64,000 bases of DNA from an uncultured delta proteobacterium (GTDB lineage: Bacteria; Myxococcota_A; UBA9160; UBA4427): contig CAWGJT010000013.1 of NCBI GenBank assembly GCA_963822965.1, positions 221,531 to 285,530 on the forward strand. Reading direction: 5' to 3'. The notes under the pieces are model-generated. The model was given only the letters and a program-made list of their open reading frames with translations, did no database searches and had not been told where the DNA came from. A program made the position numbers and the translations under genes. Positions 20,281-32,040 of this stretch are shown in pieces. Position 1 is the stretch's first letter, and every line of letters starts with the position of its first letter.

Positions 20281-21990
20281 CTATCGGCGCTCGTCGAGCA
20301 CGGCTTCGATCACCGTCTCTGCGACGCGGGCCACGGGCAGGTCGCGGCTCTCGCCGGTGCGGCGCACGCGAAGCTCCACCACCCCGTCGGCGAGACCCTT
20401 CGGGCCCACCGTCACGCGGAACGGGATTCCGACGAGATCCGCGTCGTTGAACTTCACCCCCGGTCGCTCGTCCCGATCGTCGATGATCACGTCGATGCCC
20501 CCGGCCTGCAGGGCTTCGTAGATCCGTTGGCCGGCCTCGTTGCAGGCGACGTCCTTGGGCCGGATGACGCTCACCACCACCTCGAAGGGAGCGACGTTGA
20601 CGGGCCAGACGATGCCGGCCTCGTCGTGGTGCGACTCGACGACCGCCGCCAGGCTCCGCTCCACCCCGATCCCGTAGGAGCCCATGACGATGGGCTGCGA
20701 GACCCCGTTCTCGTCCTGCACCCGGGCGTCCATCGCTTCGCTGTACTTCGTCCCGAGCTTGAAGATGTGGCCGACCTCGATGGCTTTGAAGACCGCCAGG
20801 GGCTTCTCGCACATGGGACAGGGCTCGCCGCTGGTCACCTCGCGCAGATCGAGCCAGGCCTTCACGTCGATGTCCCGCTCGACGTCGACCCCGCGCAGGT
20901 GGAAATCGTCCTCGTTGGCGCCCGTCACCATGTTGCGGCGACCCCGGAGCGCCTCGTCGGCGATCACGTAGTGGCTGGCTCCGACGGCGCCGAGGCTGCC
21001 CGGCGACGCACCGAGGGCGGAGCGGATCTCGTCGGCGGTGGCCGCACGGATTTCCGCGGCCTCCACCGTGTCGAGGAGCTTCTGCTCGGAGAGGGTGTCG
21101 CAACCCCGCAGCAGCAGCAGCACCGTCTTGTCGTCCACGCGGTAGACGAGGGTCTTGATCTGGCGGATCCCGGGCGCGCCGCCCTCGAAGGTCTCGAGGT
21201 CCTGGATGGTGCGAACCCCGGGCGTCGCGAACTTCTCGGGGGCCGGCGGTCCGGGCTCGTCCAGCACCGGCGGGAGCGTCGACGTGGCCTTCTCGACGTT
21301 GCCCGCGTAGCCGCACGCTTCGCACGACGCGATCCAGTCCTCGCCGGCGTCGCTCGCGAGCATGAACTCGATGGACTGGTTGCCCCCCATCATGCCCGAC
21401 GAAGCCTCCACGGCGATGGCGTCGAAGCCGAGGCGGTTGAAGATCCTGCGATAGGCCTCGAAATGGCGGTCGAAGGCGCGATCGAGACCCGCCGCGTCGA
21501 TGTCGAGGGAGTACGAGTCCTTCATCGTGAACTCGCGCACACGCAGCAGCCCGCTCTTCGGCCGCGCCTCGTCGCGGAACTTCGACTGGAACTGGTAGAA
21601 GATCTGGGGCAGCTGCTTGTAGGAGCGAAGCTCCGCGGCGATGTGGGCGAAGATCTCCTCGTGGGTCATGCCGAGGGCGATGTCCCCGCCGCGGCGGTCC
21701 TTCAGGCGGAACATCTCCGGGCCCACCGACGTCCAGCGCCCCGATCGCTCCCAGATCTCGCTCGGGTGCATCACTGGGAGCACGAACTCCTGGCCGCCGA
21801 TGGCGTCGATCTCCTGGCGGATGATGTCGATGATCTTGAGCCGCACGCGTTGGCCCAGGGGCAGCAGCGAGTAGACGCCCGCCATCAGCTGCCGCGCGAA
21901 GCCCGCGCGCAGCAGGAGCTTGTGGCTCACCGCCTCGGCGTCGGCCGGATCGTCGCGAAGGGTGGGAATGAAGGCCTGGGACCAGCGCAT
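20281..21990 (-). CDS. proS: Proline--tRNA ligase (bacterial type with INS editing domain)
   Basis: SHKLLLRAG, MTHEE, KFRDEARP, REFTMKDSYS, IEVGHIFKLGTKYS, MGSYGIGVER, DDRDERPGVKF. Confidence 0.98.
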   Translation of the reverse strand: MRWSQAFIPTLRDDPADAEAVSHKLLLRAGFARQLMAGVYSLLPLGQRVRLKIIDIIRQEIDAIGGQEFVLPVMHPSEIWERSGRWTSVGPEMFRLKDRRGGDIALGMTHEEIFAHIAAELRSYKQLPQIFYQFQSKFRDEARPKSGLLRVREFTMKDSYSLDIDAAGLDRAFDRHFEAYRRIFNRLGFDAIAVEASSGMMGGNQSIEFMLASDAGEDWIASCEACGYAGNVEKATSTLPPVLDEPGPPAPEKFATPGVRTIQDLETFEGGAPGIRQIKTLVYRVDDKTVLLLLRGCDTLSEQKLLDTVEAAEIRAATADEIRSALGASPGSLGAVGASHYVIADEALRGRRNMVTGANEDDFHLRGVDVERDIDVKAWLDLREVTSGEPCPMCEKPLAVFKAIEVGHIFKLGTKYSEAMDARVQDENGVSQPIVMGSYGIGVERSLAAVVESHHDEAGIVWPVNVAPFEVVVSVIRPKDVACNEAGQRIYEALQAGGIDVIIDDRDERPGVKFNDADLVGIPFRVTVGPKGLADGVVELRVRRTGESRDLPVARVAETVIEAVLDERR

Positions 21991-22036
21991 CGACCGGGAG
22001 CATAGCGGCCTCCATCGGGCCGCACGCGGGCGGACG

Positions 22037-22915
22037 TCAGAAGGGCGTGCCGTGGGCTCGGGTGAAGTCGGGGAACGCCTCGATCACCCGGCGGGTCAGC
22101 GGGCGCTCGCCCGGCGGCACCTCGTCCCAGCCGATCGGCTCGCCGTCGAGGGTCGCCACGGGCACGATGCGTGCGCCGCTGCCCGTCAGGAACACCTCGT
22201 CCGCCCGCAGCAGGTCCACACGCGAGAGGGTCTGCTCGCGCGCTTCGACCCCCAGGCCGTGCGCGATCCGCATGACGCTGTCCCGGGTGATCCCGTCGAG
22301 GGATCCGTCCGTGGTGGGTGGGGTCAGCAGCGCGCCGTCCCGTGCGACGAAGACGTTGGCGACGCTGGCCTCGGCGACCCGTCCGGCCGCATTCAGGATC
22401 AGGGCCTCGTCGGCGCCGCGCAGCCTGGCCTCGCGCTTGGCGAGCGCGCTGTTCAGGTAGTTGAGGCTCTTCACGCGGGGATCGAGGGCGTCGAGCGCGG
22501 GGCGCCTCACGCTCACGGTCACCAGGTCGATGCCCTGCCGGATGCGGTCGGGCGAGAAGATGTCGATCTGGGCCGCGATGCAGAAGATGCGCGCCACCGG
22601 ACAGGTGGTCGGATCCACGCCGAGACTGCCGTCGCCCCGGGTGGCGACGAGCCGCAGGTAGGCCTCGTCCTGCCCGAAGGCACGCGCGGTCTCGAGCACG
22701 ATCTTCGCGACGCCGGCCAGGTCCACGGGAAGCGTGAGCCCGATGGCACGAGCACCGGTCCCGAAGCGGCGCAGGTGGTCGTCGAGGCGGAAGACCTTGC
22801 GGGAGTAGATGCGGATGCCCTCGAAGATCCCGTCCCCGTAGAGGAGACCGTGATCGGTGACCGGCACGCGCGCCTCGCTCGCGTCCACCACTCGTCCGTC
22901 GATCCAGACCTTCAT
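22037..22915 (-). CDS. ilvE: Branched-chain amino acid aminotransferase (PLP class IV)
   Basis: DHGLLYGDGIFEGIR, KSLNYLNS, EASVANVF, LDGITR, ADEVFLTG; ATGA overlap with iclR. Confidence 0.9.
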   Translation of the reverse strand: MKVWIDGRVVDASEARVPVTDHGLLYGDGIFEGIRIYSRKVFRLDDHLRRFGTGARAIGLTLPVDLAGVAKIVLETARAFGQDEAYLRLVATRGDGSLGVDPTTCPVARIFCIAAQIDIFSPDRIRQGIDLVTVSVRRPALDALDPRVKSLNYLNSALAKREARLRGADEALILNAAGRVAEASVANVFVARDGALLTPPTTDGSLDGITRDSVMRIAHGLGVEAREQTLSRVDLLRADEVFLTGSGARIVPVATLDGEPIGWDEVPPGERPLTRRVIEAFPDFTRAHGTPF

Positions 22916-23679
22916 CGTCCACTCCCTTCCAGCCTCGCGGCGATGCGCGCTCCGGCGGCGACGACGCGCCGTGACAGCTGCTCCTCGCCGAACTCGTCCA
23001 GGCGCTGGGAAGGCATCGCCAGGGCGACCGCTGCCAGCATGCGCTCGCCCGCGAGCACCGGCGCCGCCAGCACCGAGAGCCCGGGGATCCACTCGTCTCG
23101 GTTCGACGCCCAGCGCCGCAGCTTGGTCTCGGCGACCGCAGCGCGGAGGGCGCCGGGATCCACCGCCGTCCGCGACGTGAACGCCTCCAGGGTGCCGGAG
23201 GGAAACGCCAGCCGGGAAGGCGCGAAGGCCAGGAAGAGCTTGCCGACCGCGGTGGCGTGCACGGGCACCATGGCGCCCACCCGGGGCGCGGCGCGCAGGA
23301 ATCCCGTCCCCTCCACCTTGTCGAGGACCACGATCTCGTGCCCGCGCTGGCCCACCAGGAAGAAGGTTTCGCCGAGCGCCTCGGCCTCCTGCTCGAGGAC
23401 GGGACGGGCCGCCACGACGACCGGCTCGCGCTCCAGGGCACCGAGTCCCAGCGCCACGAGCCCGATGCCGGGTCGATAGCGACCGCGCTCGTCCTGCTCC
23501 ACCAGGCCGCGCCGGGTCAGGGCGGCCAGCAGCCGGTGCGCGCTCGACTTCGCCAGCCCCAGCTCTCGTGCGATCTCGGTCACCCCCCTCGCCGCAGGCG
23601 CGGCGTGGAGGTGGAAGAGGATGTCGATCGCCTTCTCGACGGTTCCAGCCTGGCTGCTCTCGGGAGTGGGACTCGTCAT
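22912..23679 (-). CDS. IclR-family transcriptional regulator
   Basis: TVEKAIDIL, HTH GVTEIARELGLAKSSAHRLL, PVHATAVGK, LAAPV. Confidence 0.93.
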   Translation of the reverse strand: MTSPTPESSQAGTVEKAIDILFHLHAAPAARGVTEIARELGLAKSSAHRLLAALTRRGLVEQDERGRYRPGIGLVALGLGALEREPVVVAARPVLEQEAEALGETFFLVGQRGHEIVVLDKVEGTGFLRAAPRVGAMVPVHATAVGKLFLAFAPSRLAFPSGTLEAFTSRTAVDPGALRAAVAETKLRRWASNRDEWIPGLSVLAAPVLAGERMLAAVALAMPSQRLDEFGEEQLSRRVVAAGARIAARLEGSGR

Positions 23680-23781
23680 GCGCCGGCTCGCTGAATGGAG
23701 GCGAGAGTGAGTGAGAGGGGATGTGCGAGAAGAGGCCGATCCGGGTGAACGGATCCCGAAATCAGGGCGGATTCTGGATCT

Positions 23782-23847
23782 GTTCCACTATCAGGGACGA
23801 TGTCCTGATTAGTGGAACGAGTGTAGCGATATCGACCGCTCGATCAA
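23782..23847 (-). promoter_or_regulatory. Promoter and double IclR-type operator upstream of iclR-ilvE
   Basis: Minus strand TTGATC (23847-23842), 16 bp, TACACT (23825-23820), immediately followed by the inverted repeat GTTCCACTATCAGGGAC-GAT-GTCCTGATTAGTGGAAC (23782-23818). Confidence 0.65.
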
Positions 23848-23907
23848 CCGCCGATCCGCAGCTCCCGATCCTGCCCGATCGTCCGGGCCGGCGCAGTCGG
23901 CCATCCA

Positions 23908-25065
23908 TCAACCATCCACCAGAGCCAACGCGCCTGCGTAGCCCAGCAGGACGGGATCACCGCCGGCGGTGAGGGGGGCCAGCTGGAAGGGACCGATCAG
24001 ACCCGCGATCGGAAGATCAGCGAACGCGTTCGCAAGGTGCTCGGCCTCGACACCCGCCCTGCCGAACAGGGCCGCGCCCCGGGCCCGGCAGTTGAGGTAC
24101 AGGCCGAAGGCAGGGGGCGGTGCCTGCCGAAGCTCGTCCAGCCGGCGAGCCAGATCGTCCCGCGCCGCGGCAGCGTCCAGCTCGACGAGGGTGAGACGCT
24201 GGCCGGACGCCATCGGCTCGGGAACCGAGAAGGCCTGGCGATCCCGATCGAAGCCCACGACGTTGCGGACGACCAGGCCGCGGGTGTCCTCGGCGCCCGG
24301 CGGCAGCAGGCCCACCAGCAGCGGCGGCGAGGTCTCGCCCCAGCCCCCGGCCCCCCGACGCTCTGCGGTCTCGGTATAGACCTGCAGGGCGGGTCGGCCG
24401 TCCAGTCCCAGCAGCCAGTTGCCGCGGGCGCGTGTCACCTTCATGGGCGGGGTGACGGCGCGCCCCGCCTGGGTGATCGAGACACGGGTTCGCGCACCCC
24501 GCAGCACGAAGCCGGCAACCCCGGTCGCGGCGACCTCGCCCGCCTGCCACAGATGCGTCGAGCCGCGTGCCGCCGGCGCGGCCCCGGCCCCCAGGACCGT
24601 CGCCGGCCGCAGGCTGCGGGCGCCCGAGACGAGCGTGCGGGCGTCGAGCCCCTGGCCGTCGGGCAGCAGCATCACCAGGTCGCTCGCCTGCAGCGGTCCG
24701 CCCACCCGGTCCGCGACCTCCTCCCCCAGGCGGGTCCCGTCGCGGTCGAGGTCGTGCAGGAGGAACGAGCACGCCTCGACCCCGGCGAGCGCCAGCACGA
24801 GCACGGCCGGCCAGTCGCTCACCTCGACACCCGGCGCCACGATGCCCTCGACGGAGCCGCCCACCACCACCGAAGGGGCGAGGGCGTCGCGCGCCTCGGT
24901 GACCACTTCGGCAATCGCGCGCCCGTGGGCGGCAGAGACCACGAGGAGCGCGATCCCGGGCTCTCGGTCTCGTCCGCCGCGTCGGGCCAGGGCCTGGGAG
25001 ACCGCCTCCCGGGCGGCCTCCCGCGGATCGAGCGCGGTGGAGATGCCGACGCCTGCCTGGATCAT
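23908..25065 (-). CDS. FIST-domain (FIST_N + FIST_C) sensory protein
   Basis: AGVGIS start, SITQAGRAVTPPMKVTRARGN, LDGRPAL, VRNVVGFD, YLNCRARG. Confidence 0.85.
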   Translation of the reverse strand: MIQAGVGISTALDPREAAREAVSQALARRGGRDREPGIALLVVSAAHGRAIAEVVTEARDALAPSVVVGGSVEGIVAPGVEVSDWPAVLVLALAGVEACSFLLHDLDRDGTRLGEEVADRVGGPLQASDLVMLLPDGQGLDARTLVSGARSLRPATVLGAGAAPAARGSTHLWQAGEVAATGVAGFVLRGARTRVSITQAGRAVTPPMKVTRARGNWLLGLDGRPALQVYTETAERRGAGGWGETSPPLLVGLLPPGAEDTRGLVVRNVVGFDRDRQAFSVPEPMASGQRLTLVELDAAAARDDLARRLDELRQAPPPAFGLYLNCRARGAALFGRAGVEAEHLANAFADLPIAGLIGPFQLAPLTAGGDPVLLGYAGALALVDG

Positions 25066-25224
25066 GGACCGAACGTAGCGGCCACCCGCGGGAAGAGCGC
25101 GCCGGGCCCGGGCTACGCCTCGCTTTGTGGGCTAGGATCGCGACCGCTTGCGTCTGACTCCCCGGCGCTGCAACCCCCCGCAAACTGAGAAGCTTTTCTC
25201 AGACCCCGCCACAGTGAGGTCGGG

Positions 25225-26535
25225 TTGGCTGACTTTGAAATCATCGATCGCCTGAGCGACCTGGAAGCTCTGGCGCGCGAGCTGCTGAAAGAGGAAGTGA
25301 TCGCGGTCGATACGGAAGCCGACAGCTTCTATCACTACTTCGACAAGACCTGCCTCGTCCAGATCGCCACCCGCAAGAGCTCCTACCTCATCGATCCCCT
25401 CGCGCTCGGCGGGCCGGCCGAGCTCGCACCCCTGGGTCCGATCTTCGAATCGACCAAGGTACGCAAGGTCTTCCACGCAGCCGAGTACGACATCTTCGTG
25501 CTCAAGCGCGACTGCGGCTTCACGTTCTCGAACCTGTTCGACACGATGGTCAGCGCGCAGCTGCTGGGCTACCCGGCCATCGGGCTGGCCGCGATCATCG
25601 AGCACCATTTCGGGATCTCGGTCCCCAAGGACGAGCAGCGCTCGGACTGGTCGCGCCGACCGCTCACCGACAAGCAGCTGAAGTACGCCGCCGGTGACGT
25701 GCTCTACCTGATCCGACTCGCCCAGAAGCTGGAGAAGGCGCTCGAGCAGGCCGGTCGGCTGAGCTGGGCGCAGGAGGAGTTCCAGGCGCTCACCCGGCGG
25801 CAGTGGCCCGAGAAGCAGTTCGACACCCACGGCCACCTGCGCATCAAGGGAGCGCGCAAGCTCGACTCTCGCACCGCCGAGATCCTCCGCGAGCTGTACC
25901 TGATGCGCGACGCGCGGGCGCGCGAGGTGGATCGCCCGACGTTCAAGGTGCTCGGCAATCGAACCCTTCTCGAGCTCGCGGAGACCAAGCCGAAGCGTCT
26001 CGCCGATCTCAGCAACGTGAAGGGCGTGACGGAGCTGATCGTCCGGCGCATGGGCAAGGACATCCTGGAGGCCATCAAGCAGGGTCGCAGCGCCGCGCGA
26101 TCTCCCGCCCCCAAGCAGGTCAGCAACGGGCGCAAGCGCGTCGATCGCAAGACCGAGCGCCTCGTCAACCGCTTGAAGCGTTGGCGGGCAACGCGCGCGC
26201 AGGAGCTGAAGCTCGACCCCGGCGTGCTGTGCCCCAACTCGTCCCTCGAGACGATTGCCTGGACGAACCCCGCCAAGCCCGAGGATCTCGAGGGCGTCGA
26301 GGGGTTGAAGGGCTGGTTCGTCCACGAGTTCGGCCCGGAGGTGATCTCGATCGTCCAGAAGGAAGAGGTCACCACGGAAGGCGAGGGGACTCCGTCCGAG
26401 GGGGACGGCGCGACGCCGAACGCCGAAGCCCCCGCGGATCCCGCCGAGGCCGGCACACGCTCGCGAAAGAAGCGGCGGCGCCGGAAGAAGAACCGGGGCC
26501 ACCGCTCCACGCCGCCGGATTCCGAAAAGTCCTGA
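25225..26535 (+). CDS. rnd: Ribonuclease D (DEDD 3'-5' exonuclease + HRDC domains)
   Basis: AVDTEADSFYHY, CLVQIAT, KVFHAAEYD, LFDTMV, QRSDWSRRPLT, YAAGDV; HRDC RDARAREVDRP; TTG start after GAGGT. Confidence 0.92.
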   Translation: MADFEIIDRLSDLEALARELLKEEVIAVDTEADSFYHYFDKTCLVQIATRKSSYLIDPLALGGPAELAPLGPIFESTKVRKVFHAAEYDIFVLKRDCGFTFSNLFDTMVSAQLLGYPAIGLAAIIEHHFGISVPKDEQRSDWSRRPLTDKQLKYAAGDVLYLIRLAQKLEKALEQAGRLSWAQEEFQALTRRQWPEKQFDTHGHLRIKGARKLDSRTAEILRELYLMRDARAREVDRPTFKVLGNRTLLELAETKPKRLADLSNVKGVTELIVRRMGKDILEAIKQGRSAARSPAPKQVSNGRKRVDRKTERLVNRLKRWRATRAQELKLDPGVLCPNSSLETIAWTNPAKPEDLEGVEGLKGWFVHEFGPEVISIVQKEEVTTEGEGTPSEGDGATPNAEAPADPAEAGTRSRKKRRRRKKNRGHRSTPPDSEKS

Positions 26536-26620
26536 TCCGCGCCGGCCCGGGGCTACCGCCTTCCGCGATCCAGCAGGCACCGCCTGGAGAAGGATTCCGT
26601 CCGGACACGGGCTGCGTCCG

Positions 26621-26668
26621 AATGCAGAAATCCCCCGGCTGGATGCGCCCAGCCGGGGGATCTGCATT
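26621..26668. terminator. Long hairpin downstream of rnd
   Basis: AATGCAGA-AA-TCCCCCGGCTGG-ATGCGC-CCAGCCGGGGGA-TCTGCATT, about 20 bp of stem with a 2-nt bulge, ending in TTTC. Confidence 0.55.
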
Positions 26669-27000
26669 TCGATCTGACACCCGGGTCTGGGAAAACGCGG
26701 GGTGCTGTTCTGGGGGAAAGCGCCTCGTTGAAAGGACCCAGATCCCGGGCTTTGTTTGACCCCCCCGAATGGACGCGCCCGTTACCATCCGCGGCGATCA
26801 AGTCAGATGGCCTGGGGTAGAGCACGAACCGTGCCAGGACCCGCACGCGGAAAAGGGCCTGCAAAACCGGCCCGGTTGCTCGGCAGGGCAGAGGTCTCTG
26901 GTGCATCCCGAGAAGGCACCCCTCCGGATGGGGCTCTGGAGAGCCCACCTCGCGATTCGGCCCGTCGGACGGAAAACCCTTACGCGATGAGGAGTTCCCC

Positions 27001-28254
27001 GTGAGCAGATCCAACGCCGCCCGATGTGGCACCGCAGCTTCGTGCTGCGGCCTGATTCTCGCCGGCCTGCTCGCGAGCTGTCTGGCGCCCGAGGACCGAC
27101 CGCAGGCGAGGACGGTGGGCTTCCCGGACGTGGAGGTCTACCGCGAGCCTGACCCCTCCGCGGACGAGCGCTACTGCGCGTGGTACGGCGACGCGGAGGG
27201 GGGCGTGCTGTACTTCGGCGAGGCGGCCTTCTGGTCGAGCTATCGCGCCGCGGGGATGGATCCCCGGGGCGACCTCGAGGCGCCGGGCCCCCAGCGGATC
27301 GGCCGCTTCGACCTCGCGGCGGGCGAAATGCGGGACCCCCTCGAGCTAGGCCCCCGCCCCGACGGCAGCGAGCCGCGCTCCGGTGTCTGGGACGTGCTGG
27401 CCCAGGGCGACCGCGTCTACTTCACCACCTATTTCGAGGAGGCAGGCTGGGTAGACCTCGCCCGCGGCGCCGTCACCCGCCTGCCCGGCAGCAGCCTGTG
27501 GAACGAGCTGGCCCCCGGCCCGCGGCCCGCTCCCCAGCCGGGCTCGGCCGGCACGGAAGCGCGCCGCATCCTGGTCACCCGCTATGCGGGAGGTGACGCG
27601 GGCCGCGGCGCCGTCCTGGTGCTCGACCCCGACGGACGCGTGCTGGAGAACCACGTCCTGCCGGCGCAGCCCGGCTTCTCGCTCGCGCCCAAGACCCCGG
27701 CCTGGGATCCGATCCGGGACGAGATCTGGGTCACCACGGACCGGCTTCCGCTACCGCCCCGGGACGACGAGAACGCTCCCTTCGCGCACCCGGCCCTGGT
27801 GCTTGCCCGCGACGGGCGCGTGGTGGCGCGCTTCGGGAGCACCGAGGACCCGATGGAGATCCAGTTCATCCGATTCGACGACGAGGGAAGGGGCTTCCTG
27901 GCGGTCGCGCGGGGCACGCGCCTCGAGCTGCTCGTGCTCGCCCCGGACGCGAGTCGGCGCGATCTCACCCAGGCCCGGCGCGTCCTGCTGGACGACGCGT
28001 TCGCCGGCTCCCTGGACTTCGCCCAGGACATCCAGCTCGGCCCCGACGGCAGCGCCTACGTGACCCGATGGAGCGGTCGGGTGCATCGGGTGAACGCGGC
28101 GGGCAGCGTGCTCACCTGGCAGCTCCCCCACGACGCCGAGAGCCTCTACTACACCGCAGTTCCGGCGGGGCCCGACGGACGCATCTGCGCCACGCGCTGC
28201 CGGGACGTCGAGGTCGTCTGCACGGCCCCCGACCTCGTGGCCGGGAAGCGATAG
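27001..28254 (+). CDS. Hypothetical lipoprotein, probable beta-propeller
   Basis: AGGAG SD before GTG; lipobox LASC; repeated blade-like motifs (RVYFTT, EIWVTT, GPDGSAYVT, GPDGRIC). Confidence 0.7.
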   Translation: MSRSNAARCGTAASCCGLILAGLLASCLAPEDRPQARTVGFPDVEVYREPDPSADERYCAWYGDAEGGVLYFGEAAFWSSYRAAGMDPRGDLEAPGPQRIGRFDLAAGEMRDPLELGPRPDGSEPRSGVWDVLAQGDRVYFTTYFEEAGWVDLARGAVTRLPGSSLWNELAPGPRPAPQPGSAGTEARRILVTRYAGGDAGRGAVLVLDPDGRVLENHVLPAQPGFSLAPKTPAWDPIRDEIWVTTDRLPLPPRDDENAPFAHPALVLARDGRVVARFGSTEDPMEIQFIRFDDEGRGFLAVARGTRLELLVLAPDASRRDLTQARRVLLDDAFAGSLDFAQDIQLGPDGSAYVTRWSGRVHRVNAAGSVLTWQLPHDAESLYYTAVPAGPDGRICATRCRDVEVVCTAPDLVAGKR

Positions 28255-28263
28255 ACTGCGCGG

Positions 28264-29562
28264 GTGTTCGCCGCCCGTCGCCAGCGATTTCTCGACGCCA
28301 TGGGACCCGATGCGGTCGCCATCCTGATCGGCGCGTCCCTCTGTCACCGTTCCGCGGACACCGAGTTCCCGTTCCGGCAGGACAGCGACTTCTGGTATCT
28401 GACTGGCTTCGACCACCCGGACGCCGTGGCGGTGCTTTGCACCGACGGCGGGCCCGCCTTCACCCTCTTCGTGCAGCCGCGCGACCGGGCCGCGGAGACG
28501 TGGACGGGAATCCGGCCCGGCGTCGAGGGCGCCCGGGACGAGTACGGCGCCGACGAGGCCTTCGCGTGCGGGGAGCTCCTGGACAAGCTGCCCGGCATCC
28601 TCGAGCACGCGAAGCAGCTCTACCACGTGCTGGGACGCCGCCCGGAGCTGGACCGGAAGATCATCGCCGTGCAGGAGGATCTCCGGGGGCGCACGAAGCT
28701 GGGCTTCGCGCCCGCCGCCGCGCTCGTCGATCCGCGCCACATCCTTCACGAGATGCGCCTGTTCAAGGAGCCCGGCGAGCTGGAGCGGATGCGCCGAGCC
28801 GCTGCGATCTCCTGCGAAGCGCATCAGCAGGCCGCCCGGCTCGCCTGGCCCGGCAACTTCGAGTACCAGCTCGAAGCCGAGCTCCTGCACGTCTTCCGGG
28901 GCCGGGGCGCCAGCGGGCCGGCCTACGGCTCGATCGTCGGCGGCGGAAGGAACGCGGCCATCCTCCACTACGTGAGCAACGACCGCCCCCTCGACGCGGA
29001 CACGATGGTGCTGATCGACGCCGGTGCCGAGCTCGAGGGCTACGCGTCCGATCTGACGCGAACCTATCCGGTGGGCGGGCGCTTCACGGGTGCCGGTCGC
29101 GCGGTGTACGAGGTGGTGCTCGCCGCCCAGGAAGCCGCACTCGCGGCGTGCCGCCCCGGCGCCACCCTGCCCGAGATCCACAAGATCGCCGTGCGCACCC
29201 TCGTCGAGGGCATGGTCTCCCTGCAGCTCGTCCACGGCACCGTCGACGACGTCGTCGCCGACGAGAGCTACAAGCCCTGGTACATGCACGGCACCAGCCA
29301 CTGGCTGGGACTCGACGTCCACGACGTCGGCGTCTACGCCCACGGCGAGAGCCCGCGCAAGCTCGAGCCAGGGATGGTGTTCACCGTGGAGCCCGGGCTC
29401 TACGTCCGCGAGGACGACGAGAAGGCCCCCGCGTCCCTGCGCGGCCTGGGGGTTCGCATCGAGGACGACGTGGTGATCACCGACGACGGACACGAGAATC
29501 TGAACGCCGCCGTCCCGAAGCGCATCGCGGACGTCGAGGCCTGGGTGCGCGCCGGCCGCTGA
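28264..29562 (+). CDS. pepP: Xaa-Pro aminopeptidase P
   Basis: [59 protein letters not shown]. Confidence 0.95.
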   Translation: MFAARRQRFLDAMGPDAVAILIGASLCHRSADTEFPFRQDSDFWYLTGFDHPDAVAVLCTDGGPAFTLFVQPRDRAAETWTGIRPGVEGARDEYGADEAFACGELLDKLPGILEHAKQLYHVLGRRPELDRKIIAVQEDLRGRTKLGFAPAAALVDPRHILHEMRLFKEPGELERMRRAAAISCEAHQQAARLAWPGNFEYQLEAELLHVFRGRGASGPAYGSIVGGGRNAAILHYVSNDRPLDADTMVLIDAGAELEGYASDLTRTYPVGGRFTGAGRAVYEVVLAAQEAALAACRPGATLPEIHKIAVRTLVEGMVSLQLVHGTVDDVVADESYKPWYMHGTSHWLGLDVHDVGVYAHGESPRKLEPGMVFTVEPGLYVREDDEKAPASLRGLGVRIEDDVVITDDGHENLNAAVPKRIADVEAWVRAGR

Positions 29563-29629
29563 CGTTCCTCCTCACGGGTCCCGTTCCCAGTTCCAGACTC
29601 TTCCCGAAAACCAGGAGCCGACAGCGTCC

Positions 29630-31585
<1,956 letters not shown>

Positions 31586-31587
31586 GC

Positions 31588-32028
31588 ATGACCGACCTGC
31601 GCATGACGCGTGAAGAGCGCGAAGCCTTCCTGGCGGGCGTGCACGTGGGGGTCATCAGCATCGAGGATCCGGGGCAGGGGCCCATGTCGGCGCCGATCTG
31701 GTACGACTACCGCCCGGAGGCCGGACTGTGGCTGATCACCGGTCGCGGCTCCCGCAAGGGCCGGGCGCTGGAGCGGGCGGGGCGATTCAGCCTGGTCGCC
31801 CAGCAGGAGGCCATGCCCTACCGGTACGTGAGCGTCGAAGGGCCCATCGTCGAGAAGCGCCCCGCGGAAGCGGACGCCGACCGCCGGCCGATGGCGCAGC
31901 GGTACTTCGGCGTCGAGATGGGCGACGCCTACGTGGACAGCCAGCCGGGCAGCGACGAGTACGTCTACCGCATGCAGCCCGAGCGCTGGCTCACCGTCGA
32001 CTACGGCAAGCTGCTGCCGGAGCCCTGA
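31588..32028 (+). CDS. Pyridoxamine 5'-phosphate oxidase-like (split-barrel, PPOX/F420-type) protein
   Basis: MTREEREAFLAGVHVGV, PIWYDY, SRKGR, YRYVSVEG, PERWLTVDY. Confidence 0.85.
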   Translation: MTDLRMTREEREAFLAGVHVGVISIEDPGQGPMSAPIWYDYRPEAGLWLITGRGSRKGRALERAGRFSLVAQQEAMPYRYVSVEGPIVEKRPAEADADRRPMAQRYFGVEMGDAYVDSQPGSDEYVYRMQPERWLTVDYGKLLPEP

Positions 32029-32040
32029 GGCCCCGGAGCG

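Noticed and set aside
26932..26950. Glycine riboswitch start (CTCTGGAGAG) or 6S RNA (CCCACCT)
   Set aside because: The downstream glycine aptamer elements (CCGAAG, CTCTCAGG) are missing, and there is no long 6S-like terminal stem or typical synteny.
26553..27032. Small ORFs in the rnd-lipoprotein gap (26553-27032 -, 26756-27004 +, 26769-26990 +)
   Set aside because: No recognisable motifs, poor GC3 bias and no clear SD; not excluded entirely.
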